A stretch of DNA of 63,960 nt, filler included, from Octopus bimaculoides (GCF_001194135.2; 9 parts of 9 records of this genome joined end to end with filler, not necessarily neighbours in it); one strand, 5' to 3'. Counted from the first letter of the whole stretch, positions 38,258 through 49,888 are shown. Notes: a model not told the origin generated them from the letters alone. Translations and numbers: made by a program.

Positions 38258-38485
38258 CAGTGATTCTCAACCAGGGACCATATGACCCTTTGAGTATCCA
38301 CATAAGTCTGGTTATACTTCCTTCCACAATGCACAATATATTTTAACAAATTTTTTTTTTAACAATTCCATATTTAATTAGAAAAATAAAAGGATTTTTT
38401 AAACATTGAATGGTTACGAGGATCCATCTGAGCAAAACAAGAATCAAGGGGGCTGCATAGGGTCAAAAATGGTTGAGAATCACTG
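38258..38485. mobile_element. hAT (Charlie-like) MITE
   Basis: Perfect 15-bp TIR CAGTGATTCTCAACC/GGTTGAGAATCACTG with an exact 8-bp TSD CTTTAAAG at 38250-38257 and 38486-38493. Confidence 0.93.
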
Positions 38486-38936
38486 CTTTAAAGTGATACA
38501 CCATCAACCCTTCAAGAATGGAAGACAACACCACTGACTGTTATTTTGGTAATCTCACTGTCAGAAGGAGATGGTGATGGGGTTGAAGAAATGGAAGATC
38601 ATTTTTAAAAAAGATTTCAACATCACCAAGAGAAACAGGGAACGTGACAGATTCTTAGAACTGTGTCCTCCACCAGATCCATGCAGCCTGTCTTCACCTC
38701 CAGCCAAGCATTTACATATCCTGTTTGTATCCTGAGGCTATACATCAAGGATTGGAATATGCAATCCTGAAAGATTCACGAATGAAAGTTGTTGGACAGC
38801 TAAAAGCCATATGTTAAGGGCTCTCAGTATTCAAATCATTAGGACAAAATGTCTTGCAGTACTTGGTTATGACACTTTTACATTCTGAGTTCAAATCCCC
38901 ATGAGATCAACTCAATCTTCTAAATTAATTCAACAT

Positions 38937-39180
38937 TAATTTACATTATTTACATTTGATGGATATTTGCCCTCATCTTGTTTGTTGTTAACACAATGTT
39001 TTGGCTGATATACCCTCCAGGTCTTGGGGAAATTTTGAATCTGGGTTCTCATTCCTAAGGTATTTTACGATGTTGTTATTATTATTATTATTATAATGTT
39101 ATTATTCAGGTCACTGCTTGGAATCGAACTCGGAATCTTGGGGTTAGTAGCCCGTGCTCTTAATCACTACATCATATGCC
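38937..39180 (-). mobile_element. tRNA-headed SINE-like element with partly deleted hammerhead motif (copy B)
   Basis: Minus strand: GGCATATGATGTAGTGATTAAGAGC..CTACTAA..GAGTTCGATTCC head, (AAT)n, body, TGTAAATAA tail. Confidence 0.75.
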
Positions 39181-39272
39181 TGTGGGCAATTATGGAGTGA
39201 ATTTTAGGGCTTATAAATCTAATATTTTCCTATCCTTCCTTAATACCGGTTTCCATATGCTACTTATATCTG

Positions 39273-39281
39273 AATAATAAC

Positions 39282-39318
<37 letters not shown>

Positions 39319-39478
39319 CAACATCGTAAAATACCTTGGGAATGAGAACCCAGGTTCGAAATTTCCCCAAGACACTTGATGAAAGGCTGGAGCGTATATC
39401 AGCCGAAACGTGTTAACAACAAACAAAATGAGGACAAATATCTGTCAAATGTAAATAATGTAAATAATGTGCATAATT
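39273..39478 (+). mobile_element. Same family without head (copy A); carries hammerhead-like motif at 39371-39414
   Basis: (AAT)n, then ...GACAC-TTGATGA-AAGGCTG-GAGCGTATAT-CAGCC-GAAA-CGTGTT; inverted relative to copy B. Confidence 0.75.
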
Positions 39479-39499
39479 CCTCATCTCTTAAATATAGAA

Positions 39500-39718
39500 G
39501 TGAACATTAGTTTTGTACATTAATTCAGCCTCTACATTATTTTAACCTGTACATCGTTAATTAACCACCTACATTAACTTGTATTTTATAAGTTCAATTT
39601 ACGTTAGCCTCTACATTAAATTAACTTGGACATTACTACTTAAACTTGTATGTTAATTAATTTAACCTGTACATTATTTTAGTTTCCCCTGTACATTATT
39701 GGTTTCACCTGTACATCA
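39500..39718. repeat. Degenerate minisatellite built on AACCTGTACATTA (resumes at 40131-40170)
   Basis: About 10 variable units. Confidence 0.6.
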
Positions 39719-40130
39719 TTAACCCTTTTCATACCAAACCACCTGAGACTGCCCTTGCTGCTATGATACAAAATTCCAGTTTTAAAGTAAAGCAAATTAA
39801 AAATCTTCAGTCAGAATTTTATATTAGTTTATGTTTCAAACACCAGTTTAATAATCTTTTCTACTCTAGGCCCAAGGCCCGAAATTTTAGAGGAGGTGGC
39901 CAGTCAATTAGATCAACTCAGTACACAACTGGTACTTAATTTATTGACCCTGAAAGGATGAAAGGCAAAGTCGACATCAGCGGAATTTGAACTCAGAATG
40001 TTAAGACAGACAAAATACTGCTAAGCATTCCATTAACATTTCATGTTAATTTATGTTCCAAACACCAGTAATTTTTCTAAATTAAAACAAAGACTGAATG
40101 TCAACAGAAATATGGTAATAAAAGGGTTAA
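39719..40130. mobile_element. piggyBac-like MITE interrupted by a SINE
   Basis: TTAA-CCCTTTTCATACC ... GGTAATAAAAGGG-TTAA ends. Confidence 0.75.
39856..40030 (-). mobile_element. tRNA-derived SINE nested in the MITE
   Basis: GACCCTGAAAGGATGAAAGGCAAAGTCGAC...GGAATTTGAACTCAGAA. Confidence 0.85.
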
Positions 40131-40580
40131 TTAACCTGTACATGATTAACTTTGTACATTAATTAAACCTTTGCCACTCCCTCTTCGTTTTTGGGTTGTT
40201 TCAAAGTTCCTCTGTTTATGTCTTCAATAGCACCAGACACGTCAGACATTGACATAACTGTCATCAGTGAACCACACCCTGATCTTATCCTGATCTCACT
40301 CTGGTCTCATTAAAATACACCACATTGTTTCTGATGAAGTCACAGTGTTTGTTCCTGGAGTGGGGAGAGGGAATTACATCATAATGATGTTGAGAATCCA
40401 TCACAAACACAATTTAGGAGGTGTATATATGTATATATATATATATATGTGTGTGTATATGAGTTTGGCTTTGGACAATGTGTTTGATTGTACATGTGTT
40501 TGTGTGATCTTTCTGTCTGTTTGTCTTACTATATTTGGAAGTGTTTGTATCTTTTCTAAGTTTCTACCTACAAACACACG

Positions 40581-40800
40581 TCATCATCATCGTCGTTTAA
40601 TGTCCGCTTTCCATGCTGGTATGGGTTGGATGGTTTGACATGGAGCTGGCCAGCTGGGAGCTGTGGCATGGTTTCTATGGCTGGAGTCCCTTCCTAACGC
40701 CAACCATTTAACAGAGTGTGTTGGATGCCTTTTACGTGTCACTGACACAGGTGACTTTACACAACACCAACATGGGTGCTTCTTAATTGGCACCAGCTCC
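40581..40800 (-). mobile_element. RTE-type 3' UTR/tail
   Basis: TCATCATCATCGTCGTTTAATGTCCGCTTTCCATGC...CTTCCTAACGCCAACC. Confidence 0.8.
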
Positions 40801-41452
40801 AGAAAGGACAAACCTGTATGCATGGAAGACAACAATTTTAGTAGTAAAATCACTATTTTCCACACACGCAGGCTTGTCCTTTCAGATGCTGGTGTATTGG
40901 TGAAAATGTTTGAAGTTATGTGTAATAAACATAAACTGGAATATTTAATTGTTGCTGTGACCGTTTCCTGTTCTGTGGATATTTCTTGTTTATTGACAAT
41001 AAATAACTCAGTTACACTGATATGGTTGTAGATCCAAACCTAGCTTCCAGTTGTATGTGCAAAATTGCTAGCCTTGTATGAAGATTTAGTGCAAAGATAA
41101 ATGTTTTCAAAGTGTGTTCCTTTAAAATGTTCTCTTATTTATAATAACGGTTGTGTTTTCAGTTTGTACTGTGAGAAAGGTTAATGAGACTTTGTAAGTC
41201 GGTCATTTGAAGAAAGTAGAGTCGTGGGTACTTTAACTGTTCGTTGTGGCTCTGTTAGTTACACATGATGGACAACAGTGACAAAAGACCCCTTGTGAAG
41301 GAATTATTAGGGTTTGAAGACCTCCGCAACATAGTTTTATCTCAAACAGAACAGATTTAGTTGTAAATAAGTTGTTTGTCACAAATCGTTACATGTTTAT
41401 TTGGGTCTATATAATATTGTGTATTTATTCAGTGACTACCTCATCATTTTAT

Positions 41453-41483
<31 letters not shown>

Positions 41484-41521
41484 TATGTATACACACTCAC
41501 ACACATAAATATATATATATA

Positions 41522-41636
41522 CAAATCAGACTGGAGCCTGGTGTTGCCATCCGGTTTCACCAGTCCTCAGTCAAATCGTCCAACCCATGCTAGCATGGAA
41601 AGCGGACGTTAAACGATGATGATGATGATGATGATG

Positions 41637-41637
<1 letters not shown>
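41522..41637 (+). mobile_element. RTE 3' tail
   Basis: AAATCAGACTGGAGCCTGGTG...GGACGTTAAACGATGATG. Confidence 0.88.
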
Positions 41638-41668
<31 letters not shown>

Positions 41669-42374
41669 NNNNNNNNNNNNNNNNNNNNNNNNNNNNNNNN
41701 NNNNNNNNNNNNNNNNNNNNNNNNNNNNNNNNNNNNNNNNNNNNNNNNNNNNNNNNNNNNNNNNNNNNNNNNNNNNNNNNNNNNNNNNNNNNNNNNNNNN
41801 NNNNNNNNNNNNNNNNNNNNNNNNNNNNNNNNNNNNNNNNNNNNNNNNNNNNNNNNNNNNNNNNNNNNNNNNNNNNNNNNNNNNNNNNNNNNNNNNNNNN
41901 NNNNNNNNNNNNNNNNNNNNNNNNNNNNNNNNNNNNNNNNNNNNNNNNNNNNNNNNNNNNNNNNNNNNNNNNNNNNNNNNNNNNNNNNNNNNNNNNNNNN
42001 NNNNNNNNNNNNNNNNNNNNNNNNNNNNNNNNNNNNNNNNNNNNNNNNNNNNNNNNNNNNNNNNNNNNGAAACACCTTCAAACTTAGACATAATCAGATA
42101 AAAACACAGATATATGTGCAAAACTCATACTCAGGCTTGCGTGTAGAAACTTCTAGAACACACAAGCATTCCAAGATATGGGAACACATACACACACAGA
42201 CACACACACACAATGAAACACCCAAACATACACTCTCTGTCTGTCTGTCTCTCTGTCTCTCTCACACGCGTAAAAACATAATTGACAGAAGAATGTAACT
42301 ACTGCTGCTACTACTACTAAAGTTGCATTCATGTGCATTTGGATTCTATGGTGCCTCACCATAGCATTGTCTGT

Positions 42375-42495
42375 TGGCACAGACTGGCAGTTGATTTAAA
42401 TGGACCCCATTATTTGACTGGTACATAATTATATTGACTCTGAAGGAATGAAAGGTGAAGTTGATCCTGGCAAAATTTGAACCCACATCATGAAA
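42375..42495 (-). mobile_element. Degenerate SINE fragment
   Basis: GACTCTGAAGGAATGAAAGGTGAAGTTGATCCTGGCAAAATTTGAAC. Confidence 0.6.
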
Positions 42496-42842
42496 AACTG
42501 GAACAAATACCACTTCTTCCACATCCCCACCATTTATACATGTGTGTAACGGAAAGTAAAACACGCACATAGGAATACAACAATAGGCACATGCTTAAAC
42601 ATGCATAACAGATATAAAAAAAGGAAAGACATTTGTGGAGATGTCATTGAAAAGGTCAATCAAGTGATTGATTAAAAATTATTTAATTAATTAATAACAA
42701 GTGAACTACAATCAGTGTGTGTAATTTTGTTGGCAGAATGACCCACCCAAAGGACATCATCATCCTGTTTCAGTACACAGAAATTTCACATCAACAAGTT
42801 TATAAAACAACTGCCATATATCTTTTATATATATTTTATTTT

Positions 42843-42958
42843 TTACTTGTTTCAGTCTCATTTGACTGCGGTCATGCTGGGGCACACCCTTGAAGTATTT
42901 TGATTGAACAAATCAACCCCAGGACTTAACTTAATTTGTTTAAGCCTGGTACTTATTC
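42843..42958 (-). mobile_element. SINE tail module
   Basis: TTTTACTTGTTTCAGTC..ATTTGACTGCGGTCATGCTGGGGCAC. Confidence 0.75.
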
Positions 42959-43559
42959 TCTCTCTCTCTCTCTCTCTCTCTNNNNNNNNNNNNNNNNNNN
43001 NNNNNNNNNNNNNNNNNNNNNNNNNNNNNNNNNNNNNNNNNNNNNNNNNNNNNNNNNNNNNNNNNNNNNNNNNNNNNNNNNNNNNNNNNNNNNNNNNNNN
43101 NNNNNNNNNNNNNNNNNNNNNNNNNNNNNNNNNNNNNNNNNNNNNNNNNNNNNNNNNNNNNNNNNNNNNNNNNNNNNNNNNNNNNNNNNNNNNNNNNNNN
43201 NNNNNNNNNNNNNNNNNNNNNNNNNNNNNNNNNNNNNNNNNNNNNNNNNNNNNNNNNNNNNNNNNNNNNNNNNNNNNNNNNNNNNNNNNNNNNNNNNNNN
43301 NNNNNNNNNNNNNNNNNNNNNNNNNNNNNNNNNNNNNNNNNNNNNNNNNNNNNNNNNNNNNNNNNNNNNNNNNNNNNNNNNNNNNNNNNNNNNNNNNNNN
43401 NNNCATACAATGCATGTGTTCAGACATTACTACTTACATACATACATACATACAAGAACTTTCTAAAATTTACATACATATACACAAGCAGGCATATACA
43501 CTCAAATACCTTGTCTACAAACACACACAGATACACGTGTGCATGCATACACTCTCACT

Positions 43560-43590
<31 letters not shown>

Positions 43591-43894
43591 CAGAAAACGA
43601 TGGCAGACCACTTCATTTATTTGACTGACATAGTTCCCTCACCATCACCACCACCACCATCTTGTTCAATCTGAAAGTCTTACATCTGTGAGCCAAAGGA
43701 ACGCATTTAATTGCCCTTCACTCAGCTTTCTCTGACAGATTTACGGTATTAATCATTGTTCCCACCCTGGGCCCCTGAAACTGAAACTACTCCTTGTTGG
43801 CTACTCCATCTGCTAGAAATACTTGCCTAATCTCCCTCAAATCCCACCCTGTTATCTAAAGAAAAGAAAAAAAGATACATTGTATAATATAGTT

Positions 43895-44055
43895 GAGTAG
43901 CTGTGTGGTATGTAGCTTGCTTACCAACCACATGGTTCCGGGTTCAGTCCCACTGCGTGGCACCTTGGGCAAGTGTCTTCTACTATAGCCTCAGGCTGAC
44001 CAAAGCCTTGTGAGTGGATTTGGTAGACGGAAACTGAAAAGAAGCCCGTCGTATA
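43895..44055 (+). mobile_element. SINE head module
   Basis: AGCTTGCTTACCAACCACATGGTTCCGGGTTCAGTCCCACTGCGTGGCACCTTGGGCAAG. Confidence 0.9.
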
Positions 44056-44064
44056 TATGTATAG

Positions 44065-44097
<33 letters not shown>

Positions 44098-44754
44098 TAG
44101 TTTTAGGGAAAATAACCAATTTTCAAGAACTCATCGATGAAAATCCACTATCACATATAGAAAAATTAATAATTAAAAGCACAATAAATGAGTATAATAT
44201 AAAGTAAAGTAAATATCATAAGATAAATANNNNNNNNNNNNNNNNNNNNNNNNNNNNNNNNNNNNNNNNNNNNNNNNNNNNNNNNNNNNNNNNNNNNNNN
44301 NNNNNNNNNNNNNNNNNNNNNNNNNNNNNNNNNNNNNNNNNNNNNNNNNNNNNNNNNNNNNNNNNNNNNNNNNNNNNNNNNNNNNNNNNNNNNNNNNNNN
44401 NNNNNNNNNNNNNNNNNNNNNNNNNNNNNNNNNNNNNNNNNNNNNNNNNNNNNNNNNNNNNNNNNNNNNNNNNNNNNNNNNNNNNNNNNNNNNNNNNNNN
44501 NNNNNNNNNNNNNNNNNNNNNNNNNNNNNNNNNNNNNNNNNNNNNNNNNNNNNNNNNNNNNNNNNNNNNNNNNNNNNNNNNNNNNNNNNNNNNNNNNNNN
44601 NNNNNNNNNNNNNNNNNNNNNNNNNNNNNNNNNNNNNNNNNNNNNNNNNNNNNNNNNNNNNNNNNGTTTTTTACCTGTAATTTTGGATTTTGTCCCTAAT
44701 ATTATTATATATATATATATATGTATGTATGTATATATATATATGTGTGTGTGT

Positions 44755-44975
44755 GTATGTGTTTGTGTGTCTGTGTTTGTCCCCCTAGCATTGCTTGACA
44801 ACTGATGCTAGTGTGTTTATGTCCCTGTCACTTAGCAGTTCGGCAAAACAGACCGATAGAATAAGTACTAGGCTTACAAAGAATAAGTCCCGGGGGTTGA
44901 TTTGCTCGACTAAAGGCGGTGCTCCAGCATGGTCGCGGTCAAATAACTGAAACAAGTAAAAGAGTAAAAAAGAGT
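44755..44975 (+). mobile_element. SINE tail module
   Basis: GTTCGGCAAAACAGACCGATAGAATAAGTACTAGGC...GGCGGTGCTCCAGCATGG. Confidence 0.9.
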
Positions 44976-45793
44976 ATGCACTAAAAAAAAAAAAGAAAGA
45001 TGAGATGGTTATGGTTGGAATGTCTTTGATTATATGACTGCTCTATCAAAACTGATGTGAGGCAATACAACAACAACAACAGCCACCAAGACCTGCACTC
45101 TGCTGGAAGGAAAAGTTTCAGTCTTTACAGTTTATAAAGACCAGATTCATCTCAGAGTGTTTGAGTTTAATAAATACATTGACAAGGAATAAATCCAGCT
45201 AAATATAGATATTTGTTCCTGGTGACACTACCCCTCCCTTGCTACTACCACCTCTCACTACCCTTCTTTCATCTCCATTGCCGCCATCACTACTTCCATT
45301 TCACTCCAAATGCTAAGTTATCTTTTTGCTGTAAAACAATCTCCAGTTGTGCTGTCAAGTTCAACTGTGGATATCTGCCTTGTTAACTGGGTATTTTAGA
45401 ATCATATCTGTTTTGTCCACATACCTCTGTCCACAACTGTAATGTCAACATACTTCTGAACAGGTGTAATGTTAGTGTACCACTGTACTGTCAAACTGTT
45501 CTCTCTCTCTCTCTCTCTGTATATATNNNNNNNNNNNNNNNNNNNNNNNNNNNNNNNNNNNNNNNNNNNNTTAATTAATTAANNNNNNNNNNNNNNNNNN
45601 NNNNNNNNNNNNNNNNNNNNNNNNNNATTCCTGCAGAACTAATGTGGGGTATAGAATATGGAATATACAATATATAATATAATATACAATATACAATATA
45701 AAATAAAATAAAATAAAAATGGATGGCACCATGAAAGAAAGTATTGAATGTAGATGAAATATTGAGTGTTCAATATAAAGGATCAAATATATA

Positions 45794-45827
<34 letters not shown>

Positions 45828-45829
45828 AA

Positions 45830-45869
45830 GGCGACTCGAGTTTCAGGGCTATTTTCCTTCGTCATGGCC
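45830..45869 (-). ncRNA. Minimal type I hammerhead-like motif
   Basis: Minus strand: GGC-C(A)TGACGA-AGG-AAAATAGC-CCT-GAAA-CTCGAG-TC-GCC; GUC site, palindromic helix III, one extra A in the core. Confidence 0.55.
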
Positions 45870-45887
45870 GGTATGACAGACTTTAAC

Positions 45888-45925
<38 letters not shown>

Positions 45926-46199
45926 TAAATTATAAAAATGATATAAAAAAAATGTACAGTACAGTACTGTTTCTACTTCACAGATTTTCACCTATCGCGT
46001 GAGGTTTAGGAACGTAAGATAGTCGATGGATTACAGTATAACTATTTTGAAGTAGGGCACATGCTCTCTAATTTTCATAAGCATTGATTTAATATGAACT
46101 TCTAAAGCATATAATTTCTGTAGTAACTTCGATCGCTTTTCAGAAATGTATGACGATTTAAGCGGAGAGTAAGGAGAATGTCACACACATATAACAGTG

Positions 46200-46318
46200 T
46201 TCCACGCAATTTCCATCTACCAAATTCACACACAAGATATTGGTCGACCCGGAGCTATATTAGAAGATACTCGTTCAAAATGCATCGCAGTGGGATTGAA
46301 CCCAAGACCATGTGATTC
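46200..46318 (-). mobile_element. SINE head fragment
   Basis: TTTCCATCTACCAAATTCAC...GCAGTGGGATTGAACCCAAGACCATGTG. Confidence 0.7.
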
Positions 46319-46851
46319 TTTACTCATTTTAATCCAGGTTAACCCTGTCGAAATTTTGAAGATATTTATATAAATAGGGATAACACACATACGGAAGCGT
46401 CCAGTTGTCCTTTATTGCAGTAAATAAACCAAAAGCAACTGTTCTCAAACGAGGACAGTGGGTTAATCGCACATAATTTATTATGCCATAGTATGTGTCA
46501 ATGTTGTGACTGCTTTTATTTCCTCCTTAATTCCTTTGCTTCAAAGAAGACATTTCTCTAATGATTTTTTAACGTATAGCAGTATTACTTTGTATACGTT
46601 AGGATAATGCGAAGTAATCTTTCTTTCAAAATATAAACATTTTTGCATTTCAGTTTTTCAGAACCAGCCAGTATTGTTCCAGCTAAAAAATATACAAACT
46701 ACAACCACCAAATATTCCACAAAATAAATTTATCAATATATATATATATATATAAACTATAGAAGAGGGGACCGCGAAAGGTAGGGTACGTATATAATGG
46801 TTTTGGATGCCTGTTGATGGAACCTTCCGCGGGACTGTTCTGGTAGATCTC

Positions 46852-47441
46852 AAGCTTCGGATATTTTTTAAAACGGGGGCCACATTTTTCATTAACGAAA
46901 CACTTTGAAACTTAGAACACTGGTAGAATGTGTCATATAAAACATCTTTTTCTCTTAGTCTTCTTAAAAAAAAAAAGAAATCCCTAAGTTATTCCATGTT
47001 AAAGTTGTATTTCTGTAATTTCAACCAATCACTGACGTCCATTCAGCCGATATACATTAAGTGCCGACTACATAAACAAACGATTCTGAAACAATTCTAT
47101 CGGTGATAGGGTTAGGGTAAAACAGCAAATTTAAAAAGAAAAAAGCAAATAAAACGAAGAAAAAAAAAAGAAAATGAAAAAAGCAAATAANNNNNNNNNN
47201 NNNNNNNNNNNNNNNNNNNNNNNNNNNNNNNNNNNNNNNNNNNNNNNNNNNNNNNNNNNNNNNNNNNNNNNNNNNNTAAGACAATTTTTTACATGAAATA
47301 AATTCGAATACAAAAATATTTTTCTGTTCTATAACACAAAATAGATAAGTATACGAAGTTTGAAAGTCTTTCGGTCCCAAAAACACTACGTAAAACATTA
47401 ATGAAAAATGTGGCCCCCGTTTTAAAAAAGATCCCAAGCTT
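46852..47441. mobile_element. Non-autonomous DNA transposon with ~44-bp TIRs (spans a gap)
   Basis: AAGCTTCGGATATTTTTTAAAACGGGGGCCACATTTTTCATTAA vs TTAATGAAAAATGTGGCCCCCGTTTTAAAAAAGATCCCAAGCTT. Confidence 0.85.
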
Positions 47442-48718
47442 CTTATGTATTGAAAGACTGATCATTTTATATGCCTTATGTCTTAATTTTTGAGTAATTA
47501 TTACTATTAATACTAATGCATTGATGAAATAAACTAATTTAGTAATATGTCGTTGTTTTAATAACACGCAATATATTTAAAGCATCAAATTGGTTATTTG
47601 TTTTTATCAGAATAACCGATCATTAATTTATTAGAAGTGATAAAGCAACTGAATTTTGATATCAACTTCTTACATATAACCAAGTATAGATTTAACTTCT
47701 AAGGCATCTATAGGTAAGGTGCAACTGGGGTCCTTAATTTTATTGCACGAGTAGATACATTAGTAAATAAAGGGGTTATTTCCAAAACTAGGGCAAAAAC
47801 AGATGGCATATTTTGAATCAGCGCCCCAAATATAGGTTTAGCTTTCAAGGCAGTTGAATATTTTTTTCGTTTTTCGGACTGTACGAATATATATTCGCGC
47901 TTCATCCATAAATAGAAATTACACCCACAAATATGAATATATTCACATCGATCTATTCTTATGATGCGTCGAAAAGAAATAGATTGGAGTATTGGTTAGG
48001 TCAAATGATATTTAGTTTAAACTGGTAAAGCAGAAAAGAAAAAGAAATACCGTCTAGCTTTCCATGGTGATTAAGCTCGGAACTCAATTTTGATTATGCG
48101 TCTGCTCTGTAACCAATAACCATTGATCTTACTCCTCGTTAGTTTTGTCTGGTTAGATTGGCGTTAACATTCCAATGACAACAACAGAGACTATATAATT
48201 TTTTACGTTCCCTCTCAGTTCACTTCTTAAGTGTGTTCCAGGATAAGTTCTCGTTGGCATTCGTGCCAAAATAAGAAAGGAAAAAAAATTTGAAGGAAAA
48301 TTTTTAGTACATATTTTCCCCATATTAGATGTTTATTCTCGATTCTGTGAAGCAGAAGGGAGAAGAGAAAACAGGGTTTCCTTCCACCGTAACAGGTGCA
48401 TCGTTTTTTTTTTTTATTTAAAAATAAATATTTACCTAATTTGCTTTTGTTTTTATTACTTTTTATAGTTTTCTGGCAGGCACTTTAAGTAGGACTGAGT
48501 GTTCTAAGCGAACTGAGATAGGCACTCGGTTTCGATTCCGTTATGGAACGGATTCATTATATATTTGTCAAGATCAGTTCACTTTTGCTGTTGATGATAA
48601 TATCAGGTTTTCCCCTTCAAGTCTTAAGGCTTTACGTCTATGTAATTTTGTTTAATTTCTAAATTTGCCTGCTGTATTTTGTGACATGCTAATTATCTTA
48701 ATATCGGATAAATTCTTT

Positions 48719-48833
48719 AAACTAGAAAAGCACTCGGAGAGCAGCTCATTTCCACGCATATACACGCATGCTGAAAATATCATAATTTCCCAAACCAACG
48801 CTGGCAAAAACATAACCTCTTTGGCGGGGTTAA
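48719..48833 (-). mobile_element. Miniature Helentron-associated (HINE/DINE-1-like) element
   Basis: Minus strand starts TTAACCCCGCCAAAGAGGTTATGTTTT and ends GCTCTCCGAGTGCTTTTCTAGTT, termini I recall from aquatic-animal HINEs; T-rich flanks. Confidence 0.5.
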
Positions 48834-49888
48834 AAAAAAAAAATAACACAGCCATATGATTTAAAAATAAACCCTTTAAAAAACAGGAATCATCGCCAAC
48901 CGCCAATGAAAACGGAGGTAAAAAAAAAGGGAGAAAATATACTAAGCTACCTGCTTCAGGAAAAATTAAAACCCATCCATTTTACTATATTTTAAATAGA
49001 TAGCTACATCCTCTAAAAGATGCAACACTTCTAAGATTCGATTTGGTTCAAAATTTAAAATAAAAATACGCCAAAACTGTCCTCGAAGTCATACTTTGGT
49101 TTAGTCTCCACAACTGGAAAAGTTATTTTAGCCATTTAGTAATCAATTTGCGAAACAATGCTTTATCTTTTATTACAGACATTTAAGTTGTAGGATAATT
49201 TTTATGAATGTACAGCAAACTGGATAAGTAAGAGTCCAGTTTAATTAATTTCCAATAAATGAGCAACGATGAAAAAAACAACAACTTTACAGTATTAGTT
49301 ATATTGCTTCTGACAATCTTTCAACTTTACTGAGCCGACAAACTACCAATTAAACTACCACTCAAGTATTGGGGTAAATTCAATTGATTACACCCTCACC
49401 TGGATAATTATGTTGAGATAGGTTCTTAACCGGCAAATTATTAGTTTGTCCTAATGTCTCTAAACTTTGCTTCTTTCTCTTAATAGTGTACGGTTGGTAA
49501 GCTACTTCCGGCTCGTCGTACTGCTTTGAATTGCTTCTGCCTAGTTTAGTGAGTTGTTTCTGTCCTTTTTGTTGCTGTTTGGTGTGAATTTTGTCAAGTT
49601 TCAACTGTTGTTCCTGTTGAATTGCGCCCTGCGGGGCAAAAATTTTCCTTTTTGCTGCTCTCCTTTAGAGAGATAGCAAACTACCATCGTGTAAAACGAA
49701 AACTTTTTCAATATGGATAATGAAATGACCTTTCTACTGTGTGATGAGGACTTTCCTCTTTTACAAGAAGAAATTTGTTTCAATAATANNNNNNNNNNNN
49801 NNNNNNNNNNNNNNNNNNNNNNNNNNNNNNNNTTAATTAATTAANNNNNNNNNNNNNNNNNNNNNNNNNNNNNNNNNNNNNNNNNNNN

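Noticed and set aside
39105-39180. tRNA-like sequences as real tRNA genes (also 56346-56409 and 57395-57463)
   Set aside because: Acceptor and T stems are broken and they are fused to repeat bodies, so they are SINE heads
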